64,000 bases of DNA from Trichodelitschia bisporula. Lineage: Eukaryota. Positions 19,308-29,421 of this stretch are shown here, piece after piece. The notes beneath the pieces are model-generated. The model had not been told where the DNA came from. It ran no database searches and saw only the letters and a list, made by a program, of their open reading frames with translations. The number at the start of each line of letters is the position of its first letter. The first letter of the stretch is position 1. Position numbers and translations under genes: made by a program. The stretch spans positions 550,963 to 614,962 of the forward strand of contig ML996701.1 of assembly GCA_010356995.1 (NCBI GenBank). The letters run 5' to 3'.

Positions 19308-21125
19308 TTAATCCAAAGGCGGCGCCTCCGGATCCTCCAAACACTGATCAACCCGCATAAGCCTCTTCCCCGTCCCCTTCGCCAACCTTATAAACTCCCT
19401 CAAATATCCCACCGTACTCGGATATAAATAATGCATAACCACCAAATCGCCTCCCCTCGCCAGGTCCCTCTTAAACGCCTCCAGCTGCTTCTCCGGCGTC
19501 GGCCCCGTCGCCCAAAGCCAATCCTCAACATCAACACTCCAGCCTACAACCACCGCCTCCTTGCCCCCGGCCGCACCGCCCACCCTTTCCTGAATCCGCT
19601 GCCTCATCCGCGCGCCCTCCGTCCCAAACGGCGCGCGGAAGTACCTTGACCCGAAACTCGGGAACGCGAGATGCGCCGCCGCGAGATTGTTCTCTAGCTC
19701 CCAGTCGATATCGCCCAGACTACCTAGACCCTCGAGTTTCGGGTGCGTGTAGCTGTGCAGCGCGATCTGATGCCCTTGCGCCCTCATATCGCGATATATG
19801 GACGTGAGATTGGTGCTCGGGTCCAGCAGCGGTGCTCCGACGGTGAAAAACGTGACCTTGATGCCTTCCTCAGCGATGATTTTCATGACCTCCGGCGCGA
19901 GCGCTGGATCCCCGTCGTCGATCGCGAAGGCGAAGCTGTTGGGCCGCGTGCAGCCAAACACCAGGCGACTCGTTGGCAACTTCCCCGGCACGCTTACACC
20001 GTCCGGCAAGGCGGGCACAATCTCAACCCTCCTCAACGTCGTGGTAGCCCGCGTGTAAAACCCCTTAAACGCCACCCCCAGCGCCCTCCTCTTCTCGACC
20101 TTAAAATGCCTTAGCGGCACAAAGATCTCCCCAGGGCGCACCACATACCGCTCCGCCTCCACACTATCCCACGTCGCAGGATACGGCGCGCGCTTCTCGT
20201 CACACGCCGCATTATGCTCCTGCAGCGCAATGCTAAACGCGGTACTCCCGCTGAACTCAACACGTAGGTAACCACCCTCATACGCGCTCAAATCCCCACA
20301 CCCGACACCGGTGACTTGCGTGTAGAACGAGTAGTCCGGATCGGAGGACAGAAGCGTCACCCCGCCTGGCCCCCACGTCTCGAGCAAGGCCTCGTCGCCG
20401 CCGTGCCAGAAGCCCAGCGCATTGCTCGCACGAGCTTTGAAATCATCGATTAGGAGCGGCGGGGCGGAGGCGCTGCTCGCGGGGCCGGGGTCGGGCGTGC
20501 GCGGCTCCACCGGCTCGGCGCGCGGAGCGGAAATGTACTCGGAAGCGGAGGCGGAGGCGCCGGCGCAGTACAGCGCGACCGGGCCGAGGGTGTATTGCTG
20601 CGCAGCGCCGGTGAGGAGCATTGTGGTTAGATGCGCGGTGTCCAGCCCGGGGAACGCGGCGAAGGGGATCCGGAAGAGCTGTGGCGCGCCCGTGAAGCGC
20701 CATCCGAGCTCGGCCGCGGTCTTACGCACACTGACTTGTCCCGCATCTGAGCACGATGCGCTGCTGCTGAGCTCGATGACGAGGGGTGTGTTGGGCGGGG
20801 CTGTGATGCGCAGACTGATTCCGTCGTACACGCCGACGGTGGCGAGGCAGCCGAGTTGGGTGTAGAAGTATGAGTCGGCGGAGTTGGGGGTTAGGGTTGC
20901 GGTGTTGGAGGATACGGTGATGGTGCGCATTGTGGAGTCGTCGGAGGTGGGTTTGAGGAGGGCGTTGTAGAAGAGGAAGGTTAGGCGGGATTGGGAGGCG
21001 AAGTCGTCGACTAGCAGCGGGGTGGTACATGATGCGAAGCGCCGGGCGTGGTGGGCTTTTGCGGAGCGCAGGTCGGCAGTGACGAGCGGGAGGAGGCCCA
21101 GGAGGGCGGCGAGGAAGGGTTTCAT
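19308..21125 (-). CDS. Secreted polysaccharide (chitin) deacetylase, CE4/NodB domain at the C-terminus, with two duplicated N-terminal modules; intronless
   Basis: Signal peptide MKPFLAALLGLLPLVTA. CE4 motifs FAIDDG, VTFFTVG, GHQIALHSYTHP, YFRAPFG, WSVDVEDW, LVVMH. Confidence 0.88.
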   Translation of the reverse strand: MKPFLAALLGLLPLVTADLRSAKAHHARRFASCTTPLLVDDFASQSRLTFLFYNALLKPTSDDSTMRTITVSSNTATLTPNSADSYFYTQLGCLATVGVYDGISLRITAPPNTPLVIELSSSASCSDAGQVSVRKTAAELGWRFTGAPQLFRIPFAAFPGLDTAHLTTMLLTGAAQQYTLGPVALYCAGASASASEYISAPRAEPVEPRTPDPGPASSASAPPLLIDDFKARASNALGFWHGGDEALLETWGPGGVTLLSSDPDYSFYTQVTGVGCGDLSAYEGGYLRVEFSGSTAFSIALQEHNAACDEKRAPYPATWDSVEAERYVVRPGEIFVPLRHFKVEKRRALGVAFKGFYTRATTTLRRVEIVPALPDGVSVPGKLPTSRLVFGCTRPNSFAFAIDDGDPALAPEVMKIIAEEGIKVTFFTVGAPLLDPSTNLTSIYRDMRAQGHQIALHSYTHPKLEGLGSLGDIDWELENNLAAAHLAFPSFGSRYFRAPFGTEGARMRQRIQERVGGAAGGKEAVVVGWSVDVEDWLWATGPTPEKQLEAFKRDLARGGDLVVMHYLYPSTVGYLREFIRLAKGTGKRLMRVDQCLEDPEAPPLD

Positions 21126-21767
21126 GCTCGCGGCATGGGAGGGCAAGGCTGGCGAGGCTGGAGTCAGTGAGGAAGAAGCAGGGGGACCGACGAACTCACG
21201 GAAGCTTTAAAGACAGACGAAAAACGAGCGACGAAGGGACAACGGTACGGCGAAGCTTAATGTATATAAACACAGTAACATAGTGGAGTTTTAAATGACG
21301 GGCACGTCCACGCACTCTATATCTCCCTGCTCCGATCATCGTACAGCAAAGTATTCAATTGCGGATCCGCGGTGTCGGCCTGCATGGCGATGTAACCCTT
21401 CCGAGGCCTGAGAACGCTCAATAAACAATTAGAGACCGGTAACTGTGGTCGTCGTCAAGTCGGGATATCGGAAACGGGGAGACAGACCGCTCGAGCCGCA
21501 CAGTGGTCGCTGCACACCGCAATATAAAAACCCCAGCCTCAACTTGATGGGAGCAAGGCTCATTACATGCGAAGGCAACTGTAATACTGAAGATTGAAGT
21601 AGAAGACATCAGGAAGAGACTCACGGGAATATATACACCATGTCCCTGAATTCTCTTTCCCTCAGCCATGAGCACGTTACGTCACGTCCCTTCAGATAAG
21701 TATGCTCTTTCCTGACATACTACGTAGGAATGCTCCCTCCATGTCTACATCACCATCGATGACCCCC

Positions 21768-23192
21768 TCACCTCACCTCTACCCTACCTCCGCCATCTCT
21801 TCCCCACTCCCTTCTCCCCTCCCCTCCTCTCCCCTCCTCTCCCCTCCTCTTCCCACCCCAAACAAAAAAGCCAAGCAGCCCAAGATCATACCCCGCCTTC
21901 AACGCCCCCGCCCCCACAAACGCAAGCGCAAATAACCCCCTCCCCGCCAGAAGGCCCGTAACCCCGGGCCCAACAGACTGCATCAACGTCCTAGCCACAT
22001 TAACCACGCCCATAACTGCCGTCATCTCCTCAGCCCTCACCGCCCCCGCAATAAACGCCGACCGAGGCGCTTGATCCATACTGCTCAGTCCCGCTCTCAA
22101 AACCAACAACACGGCCGCGCCCGCCAGACTCCCCGGCACCGGGAGGGCGGCGAGCATGAGACTGCTGGGCAGGTGCGTGTACACCATGGTCTTTAGCAGA
22201 CCTAGGCGCGCTGCCAAAGTCCCGGCGAACATATTCGACGCAGCCGACACGATCCACGTGCTGCTCATGATGCCGCCGAGCACGCTGGCGCGGACCCCGA
22301 ATTTGAGCGTCAGATAGTAGTTCACGAAGGCGTTGTTCGCCATTCCGCTGCCGATGCTGTCAAGTGCGAAGAGGAGGCATAGCTTGAAGAGAACAGCGCG
22401 GCTGCTGCGGGATATGCGCGTAAAGGCGGCCTTCTTCGGCGGCGGGAGCGGCGCGGGTTTCGCGTCCTCGGCATCAGCATCGGAATCGCCCTCGGAGTCC
22501 ACCAACGGCACGCCCTCATATTCCGCAGCGCGCTGCTCGCACCCCGCGCTCATGGCGCCAGCAAGGAGGATATTGACACTCCCGACCAGCGCCACAATCC
22601 AAAACACGCCCGCATACGCCTCGCCCGCCGCCCACCCGCGCGCCATAAGCCCATCCACCAGCGCCCCGCCCCCCGCGACCCCGGCCGCGCTGCCCAGCGC
22701 CGCAGTGACTACATACCACGCCAGCACGAACGGGCGCTGGTCGGGCGGTACGACGTGCGCGAGCGTGGACTCCTCGACCGCGCGGAATGGGCCGATTTCA
22801 CTCCCAGCCGGACTGATGACCCCAACCACGGCGGCGCCGAGGAGCACCCAGTAGTTTTGCGCGAGGGCAAAGGTGCTGCCCGCCAGGAGCATGCCCGCGG
22901 CGCCGAGGGCGAGGGTGCGCCGCCTGCCGAGGGTGTCGGCGGTGAAGGTTAGGAGGAGGCTGAGGGCGATGTCGCCTAGCAGGGTGAAGGTCATGAAGGC
23001 GCCCATCTGCGGGTCGGGGATGGAGAGGGAGCGGAGGTAGAGGGCGAAGATGAGGCTTGTGGCGCCGTAGGCGAACATGCGGAGGGAGCGGGTGGCGAGG
23101 ATGAGGTGCACGTCGCGGGGGGAGGCGAGGACGGTGGATAGGCCGGTTGTGGTTGTGAACCAGGTGAGGGGGCGGAGGAGAGTGGACGTCAT
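21768..23192 (-). CDS. MFS transporter, intronless
   Basis: About 12 hydrophobic segments in two bundles, MFS motif A 'ADTLGRRRTL', 'SEIGPFRAVEES', 'SMDQAPRSAF'. Start taken at MTSTLLRP (23192). Confidence 0.88.
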   Translation of the reverse strand: MTSTLLRPLTWFTTTTGLSTVLASPRDVHLILATRSLRMFAYGATSLIFALYLRSLSIPDPQMGAFMTFTLLGDIALSLLLTFTADTLGRRRTLALGAAGMLLAGSTFALAQNYWVLLGAAVVGVISPAGSEIGPFRAVEESTLAHVVPPDQRPFVLAWYVVTAALGSAAGVAGGGALVDGLMARGWAAGEAYAGVFWIVALVGSVNILLAGAMSAGCEQRAAEYEGVPLVDSEGDSDADAEDAKPAPLPPPKKAAFTRISRSSRAVLFKLCLLFALDSIGSGMANNAFVNYYLTLKFGVRASVLGGIMSSTWIVSAASNMFAGTLAARLGLLKTMVYTHLPSSLMLAALPVPGSLAGAAVLLVLRAGLSSMDQAPRSAFIAGAVRAEEMTAVMGVVNVARTLMQSVGPGVTGLLAGRGLFALAFVGAGALKAGYDLGLLGFFVWGGKRRGEEGRGGEGRREWGRDGGGRVEVR

Positions 23193-24438
23193 TCCTAGTA
23201 GAATATTGATATCGGTTGATAGGTGGTGGGAGGATGAGGAGCTGGTGTCAGATTGGCATTGCGGTGCTTTTGGGTTGCTGGTTGCTAGCAGGCGCGATCG
23301 GGGCTTTGGGACTTGAAATAGGCATTGCAATAGCGAAATGCGATCCTGGTGATGCCCTTAGTGATACCGTCCGGTTTGTGCGGGGATCGTGCATGGTGCC
23401 TGCCGGTGAGGCCGGTAAAGCCGAGCTAGGAGGGTAAGTCCGAGGCGCGTTCGCGGATACGCGGCTGCCATCGCGATGGATTTGATCCTCTGCTACATCC
23501 AGAGATGACAGATGATGATGTAGACGCCTGCGCTTTTGCACGACGAGCTGGTGATCAGAGATAAGATTGATAGCGCCGAAGACTGCTGGAGAACCGGGGA
23601 AGACAACGATGGCGCATCAAGAGCGCGGCGATCCAATACGAGTATCGCCTCTGCATCTAAAGATAGGCATGCGTCTACTTCTAATGCGAATTAGCAGACG
23701 CCAAAGCAACAATCGGTCGAAGGTCCAACTTACTACGATATACGAATCCCTTCCTATCGCGAAGCACATTCCCAAACCAGCCCGCCCCAGCCGATCAGAA
23801 ACTCCCCGACCCGCATACGCACCCTTTCCCGCAACCACCAACCACCAACCACCAACCTGAATATGCAGAACGATTGTTGAGCCATAGATCCGCGGAGTCA
23901 GCTGCACGCGCCATTGCCCCTCAAGCAAAGTCCAGATCCCTTCAAACCCGCTTCACGCATGCACCAACCCGGCCCGCATATCGCCCCCCCTCACTCCCGA
24001 CATGCATACTCCACTGCACTCCACTCCACGCGGCGCATACGTACCCAAACCCGCGACATATACGCTCTGGGACGCACATTCAGCATCTGCGCATGCTGCA
24101 ACGCCTCGATATATCTGCAGCGCACCCCGCGGCGTCCTCGCGTGGAGGACGAGATGGAGCGTGGCAGGGGGGAGGTGAGATGGTGGCCATCCCGGCCCGC
24201 GGCCGACCAACCCGGCTGGCGGGGGGGCGGGCCAACATCCAACACCAACATGATGGCTCGCGATCCAACGAGCGCGGGGGGGTTGGTGGGTGAATTGAGT
24301 CGCGGAGAGGATGAAGGTTTTGTTGATGGAATGTGGGATGGGGAGAGGATGTTTCTTGGGGTATAAACACCGTTGCGGCCGTCCGGGCCGTTTCTACGAC
24401 CTCTGTCTCGATCGTGAACACAGCAGCACCGTGGCATA

Positions 24439-25098
24439 ATGGAGAATCATCGACCCGCCGCATTTATCTCCGGCCGGCAGTTCGACTCTGCAGAACCCTC
24501 CATCCTCACGATATTCATCTCTGAGACGGCAACGAGCACATCAACATCAACCCCTTCCCCCTCAATCTTAACCTCCACCTCCACCTCCACGCTCCCCTCC
24601 CCCTCCCCCTCCCCTTCCTTCCCGGGCAACCTCTCCGCCGCCGCCCTGAGCGAAACCACCGTCCCCCACCCCTCCCCCGGCGCAATAGCCGGCGTCGTCC
24701 TCGGAAGCCTCGCCTTTGCCTTCCTGGGCGCCTACCTCATATACATACTCCTGCGCCGGCTGTCCCGACCCAACTCACCCCTAACCCTCTCCGACCCCGA
24801 ATCCACACCCAGGGCCCCGCCGCCAAACCCGCCTCCCCACGCCATGTCTCCCGTCAGTCCCATGTCACCGGAGGGCTACTGGTCGCTTAACGGTGCTGTG
24901 TTCCGGTCGATCGGCGAGAGCGCGTATGCTATGCGCGTGCCGATGGGGCCGGGGCCGGTAGCGCCGGTGTATGGGCCGGGACGGGGGATGTCCCCGGAGC
25001 CCGAGGAATTGGTGGCGCTGTTTGGGGAAAAGGAGGAGGGGCGCGGGCCGGTGGAGTTGGATGTGTCTGAGGTGGCGGCGCCGAAGTATGAGCGGTAG
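24439..25098 (+). CDS. Ser/Thr-rich single-pass membrane protein (Mid2-like TM region), hypothetical
   Basis: 219-aa ORF with an S/T/P tract, TM helix PGAIAGVVLGSLAFAFLGAYLIYILL followed by RR, and a tail with 'PVELD'. TATAAA at 24362. Confidence 0.65.
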   Translation: MENHRPAAFISGRQFDSAEPSILTIFISETATSTSTSTPSPSILTSTSTSTLPSPSPSPSFPGNLSAAALSETTVPHPSPGAIAGVVLGSLAFAFLGAYLIYILLRRLSRPNSPLTLSDPESTPRAPPPNPPPHAMSPVSPMSPEGYWSLNGAVFRSIGESAYAMRVPMGPGPVAPVYGPGRGMSPEPEELVALFGEKEEGRGPVELDVSEVAAPKYER

Positions 25099-26322
25099 AT
25101 ACGGGATGGAGGTTATCGGGATGGAGGTCGGGTGACCGATTGCGATGGCGCTAGTTTGAACTACGGGATGGGTTTGGGCGATGGACGGGCCGGGAGGTTG
25201 TGGCGATTAGATTCTAGGCATCGGAAGACAGAGTTCGGGGAGCAGGCGCGGGAACTAGAACTAGTGATGCAGCGATGTTGATACTGGACGTCTGGGATAG
25301 GTTCTTATATATGGATCCCGCATTTGGGTTGCTGAGGGGAGTGGAGAACCGAGAACCTGGTCTTGGGATAGCCGGTTATCGATACTAAACATACCGTACG
25401 GGAAGCGATGTACGGTAGATAGGTGCTTGTGAATCGTAAGATGTTACTAGTAGCCGCGACTTCCGAGGCAACGCACGTTGACCGGGATTTACAGTGGTGA
25501 CATTCGCAGTCCTTGGTATTTTGTAGTCGGCTGATAAGCTTGGGCGGTCTGCTTGATACAGCCTAATGCGGGCAAGATCGTCGTTATGGAACTGACTCCG
25601 TCAGGGCCAATTATGGCGGGGTTTGAGATGGCGCAATGAGGACTCGACGTCGATGTAGGCGGGAGATGGAGATCCAGCAGTTGACCATGAGAAGAGACGA
25701 AATAGACGAATATGCAGCACAAACACTGCAGCGGTTCTAGAGCTGTGACGTCAATGGTCTGTCACCATGGGAATTGCTTGCCTCTTCGAGTCATGCGCTT
25801 TGCGCCTTTGCCGACCGACTTTTCCATCTCGCTCCACTACGAGCATGAGAATTGAAGGGATCCCGTCGGCTCAGCTGCATCATGGCTTTGCCCCAATTCC
25901 CGAATCCCGACCCGCCAGTCGCACGTCGGTATAGGTCAGGAGCGTGTGTCAAGCAATTGTCAAAGTTTGTCGTATCCTAACCCAAACTCCCAATCCCCAA
26001 TCCCCAAATTGACCAGGCGGATGTCGTGGCCAGAACACCCGCCCCAACCCCAAGCCAGCCAATATGCGACGGGTCTGCAGCCACGAGGCGAAGACTTTTC
26101 TCTTCACACTGCAACACGGTGACAAGTGATAGGATATATAAACGAAGAGGCTCCTTTTTGAGCCTGTTCTCAATCTTTTGATCCTTCTTGGCCTTCTTGT
26201 CCCTTGCTCTCGTCACATTAAAAAGGTTGAAAGTGGAGATAGGTTAGCTAGTGCTCTCTCTTGTCCCATCTCCATCTCTCCGTACTCTACCCCATCATCT
26301 CCATTTGTCGCCCCCAAGTCGA

Positions 26323-26346
26323 GCAAGCAAGCAAGCAAGCAAGCAA
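26323..26346. repeat. (GCAA)6 microsatellite in the cyclin gene leader
   Basis: GCAAGCAAGCAAGCAAGCAAGCAA seen directly. Confidence 0.9.
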
Positions 26347-26750
26347 GCGAAGGCGCTCCCCACACTCAAGAAGAGCAGGGCCTTGCTGCAACTTTAAGGG
26401 CTCGTTAGGGTAGGCGCAGCAGCTGTTCTTGTTATTAGCAACACCAAACTCAAGTCGCATCTCTCTTCTACGCCACTCTTCTCCTCCTCCTCTACCTCCG
26501 CCTCCTCGACCTCCTCCGCCTCCTCCTCCTCCTCCTCCATCACACCACCCTCAAGATTTCAGAAGAAAGAGAGCCGAAAAATCCGGGGAGAGCTCTTCAG
26601 ACACTAAAAGGAAACAAAAAATATCTCGATGCGCAGCGGTCATCTCCACTTTCCCGTCTCACTGGCCCGCACCACCCAAGCAACCGGCAGGGAGTGTGGG
26701 TTGTGTTCACTCTCACCTTTGCGCACTGCTGCTGCACGGCCACAGCGATT

Positions 26751-27986
26751 ATGTCCACTGTAACATCTTCCTCTCCCTCCCCCACCATTTCTCCCAAGTC
26801 ATCCTTCCACCATCGCCACCATCAACACCATCCCTCCTCACTTCAGGCGCTGCGCTCGTCGCCGAAGCTGCACGCCGCGCGCCGTCGCGCCAACCCACTC
26901 CCCTCCTCCTCACCCGCCCTTTCCCCCGCAAATCGCCGCCAATATGCAGAGTCCGCAACGGCAGCAGCAACACCACCGACGCCAGCACCAGCGGCAAGCG
27001 TACCAACAATCCCCCCTCCTCCCAAAACTCCTTCGCCTGCGATAGTCACATCCAAGCGGCCCGCTCCCGCCACCGTCGACGCAGGCACACAATACACACC
27101 ACCGGGGTTACCACCGACTGCCCCGCGCGAGCCTGCACCACCGATGGAGCCAGCCACCATGGCATCGCTGCTCGACTCGTCGCGCAGCAGCAGCGGCGGC
27201 AGCACAAAACGGCGAGAGTCGGACATGGACACTGATGGCGCCGCCCCTCCGCCGGCTGTGGACTCGGAACCTTTTCCTGCGCGCGCGGAGACGCTGCTCA
27301 ACCGCACGCCGGCGACGCCATCTGGTGTCGTCAACCGCGCCACTGAGATACCGGATGTGTCGTCGAACAAGCGTGCGCGCGCCGAAGACCCCGCCATGAA
27401 GGTTATGCCCGTGGACTATACAAAGTGCGACGTGCGTGACCTTGGCGTCGTGATTGCCGACATGCTCATGGAGCTGGTGCGCATCAACGACCCGCTGCCG
27501 TTTCAGAACGACAAACTGACGCGCTTCCACTCGCGGTATAGTTTGCTCTCCTCTTTCGTATAGCTCTATATACTTACGTTCCGTAGTGCGCCACCCGGCA
27601 TCTCGGTACACGACTACCTCAACCGGCTCATTGTCCACGCCACACTCTCTGCCCCCATTCTTCTCTCCATGGTCTACTACATCGACCGGCTGTGTGCCTT
27701 GTACCCGCAGTTCACAATCAGCTCACTGACTGTACACCGCTTTCTCATTGCATCGGCGACGGTGGCGGCCAAGGGGCTGAGCGACAGCTTCTGGACAAAC
27801 AGCACCTACGCCCGCGTGGGCGGCATCACGCTGAAAGAGCTGGCGTTGCTGGAGCTCGACTTTCTCGACAAGATGCAGTGGAAGATTGTGCCGGACCCGC
27901 AGGTGCTGGAGGACTACTACCGCAGCTTGGTGGAGCGCAACGACGGGTTCGCGCTGAGCCGGGAAGGGTCGGTGGAGAAGGAGTGA
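26751..27986 (+). CDS. PHO80: Pho80/PREG-family cyclin (negative regulator of phosphate acquisition); exons 26751-27535 and 27587-27986
   Basis: Spliced LTRFHSR|APPGISVHDYLNRL...LLSMVYYIDRLCALYPQFTISSLTVHRFLIASATVAAKGLSDSFWTNSTYARVGGI..ELALLELDFL, which is typical of the Pho80/PREG cyclin box. Long Pro/Ser-rich N-terminus. Confidence 0.9.
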
Positions 27987-29421
27987 TTTGAAGTCCCCAA
28001 GAGAAGAATTGTAGTATAGACACTAGCTGCGCGCGAGAGCGCGGCGTTTTTGGCACGGCGAGGCAGGGCAAAAGGCAGAGATTGCATTGGGAGGGCAAGC
28101 GGCATGGCATGGGCGTAGAGAGATCCGAGGGGAGACCATGACCGACGCATGCATACATGACGCGGACAGACGAGCATAAGGCTGCGCGGGCTTCGCTCAG
28201 GACGATATGCACGGCTCCATGCACGGCGGTTTGTGTTGCTGCGCTGGTCCAATGGCTGGGCGCGAATGGGGTGTGTGTGTGTGTGGGAGGGGCAGGGCGC
28301 AATGTGTCTGTGATAGAGAGACGAGAATTGAAGGGGAGCAGAGGAAGACAAAGAGAATTGCTGGAGAGGGAGTAGGATTTGCCTTTTGTGCCTTGATTGC
28401 CTGGGATGGCATCGGTGTGTGTGTTTTGCGGGCGTTTGCATGGTTGGTTGGTGGAGTGGTGGGAGTGGTAGGAAGACCTGAGTTCGCAGATACCTTCAGC
28501 TGGTGTACCTGTTTATTGATGTTGATTTGTAGACTTCGCTTCTTCTTCCAGGAGATATGTACGAGAGGAGATGCAAGAGAATGCACAGCAGCAACAGCAG
28601 CGGAAGCACAGCAGCAAGTACTGCGGCAAAGTGCACGTACTTACGTGCGTCTAGCCCCTCCGTTGTGGGTACATGAAGTCAAAGTGCATTCTTCTTCTCC
28701 CTTCTCTCTTCATTCATCCTGTCTCCAATATCGTCATCTTCATCCATCATCCCCGACTGCTCTTACGTCTCTTTACGCCCCGATTGTGAGAGGAGTGCAC
28801 ATCATCGCCCTCTCTGCCCCTCACACCCTCCACAAATTGCCCTCCAGTTGCCCTCCAGTGTGCCCTTCTTGAGGCCAAACAAACCCAATTCAACCCATTC
28901 CCCATTCATTCCCCTCCAAGCCCAAAGCAAGCGAAACCCAAAGGGTGCGAGTGACCAGCAACCAATCCCACTGTCCTCTCACGACTGTCAAAGAGCAACC
29001 CCATCCCCCAGCTAGCCTCTTATCCGTCTCTCTCAACCCTTACCTCTCTTCCTAAGGCTCACCTGTTCAACTGTTCTTCCATCAATCCGTTTCCTCCTTC
29101 TCTCCACTCCCTCTCTTCATTTTCCTTCTCGGAGCTCTTTTATTAGCTGTTCATTCTCTCACAGACCGCCTACACAAATAACACCCCGCACATACCACTC
29201 CCCCCCCCCCCCCATTGCCCAGTCGCAATACCCCCAGCCACGGCGTTTCGCCCGCATTGACGCAGTCGCTAACCGCGAAAGTAAGTCACCTCTCCACCTC
29301 CCTGCAGTGCGCAGAAAAAGCATCACACCCCTTCTCTTCACTCTCCAGCCAGTCCGGGCAACAAGTCTCCCTTCCCCGCAATCCTCTCCCCAACCTCAGC
29401 AAACAAAAGTGATGCCCGCTC

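Noticed and set aside
15380..23192. SDR + CE4 + MFS as a secondary-metabolite cluster
   Set aside because: No backbone enzyme or cluster transcription factor, and the genes are separated by TE relics.
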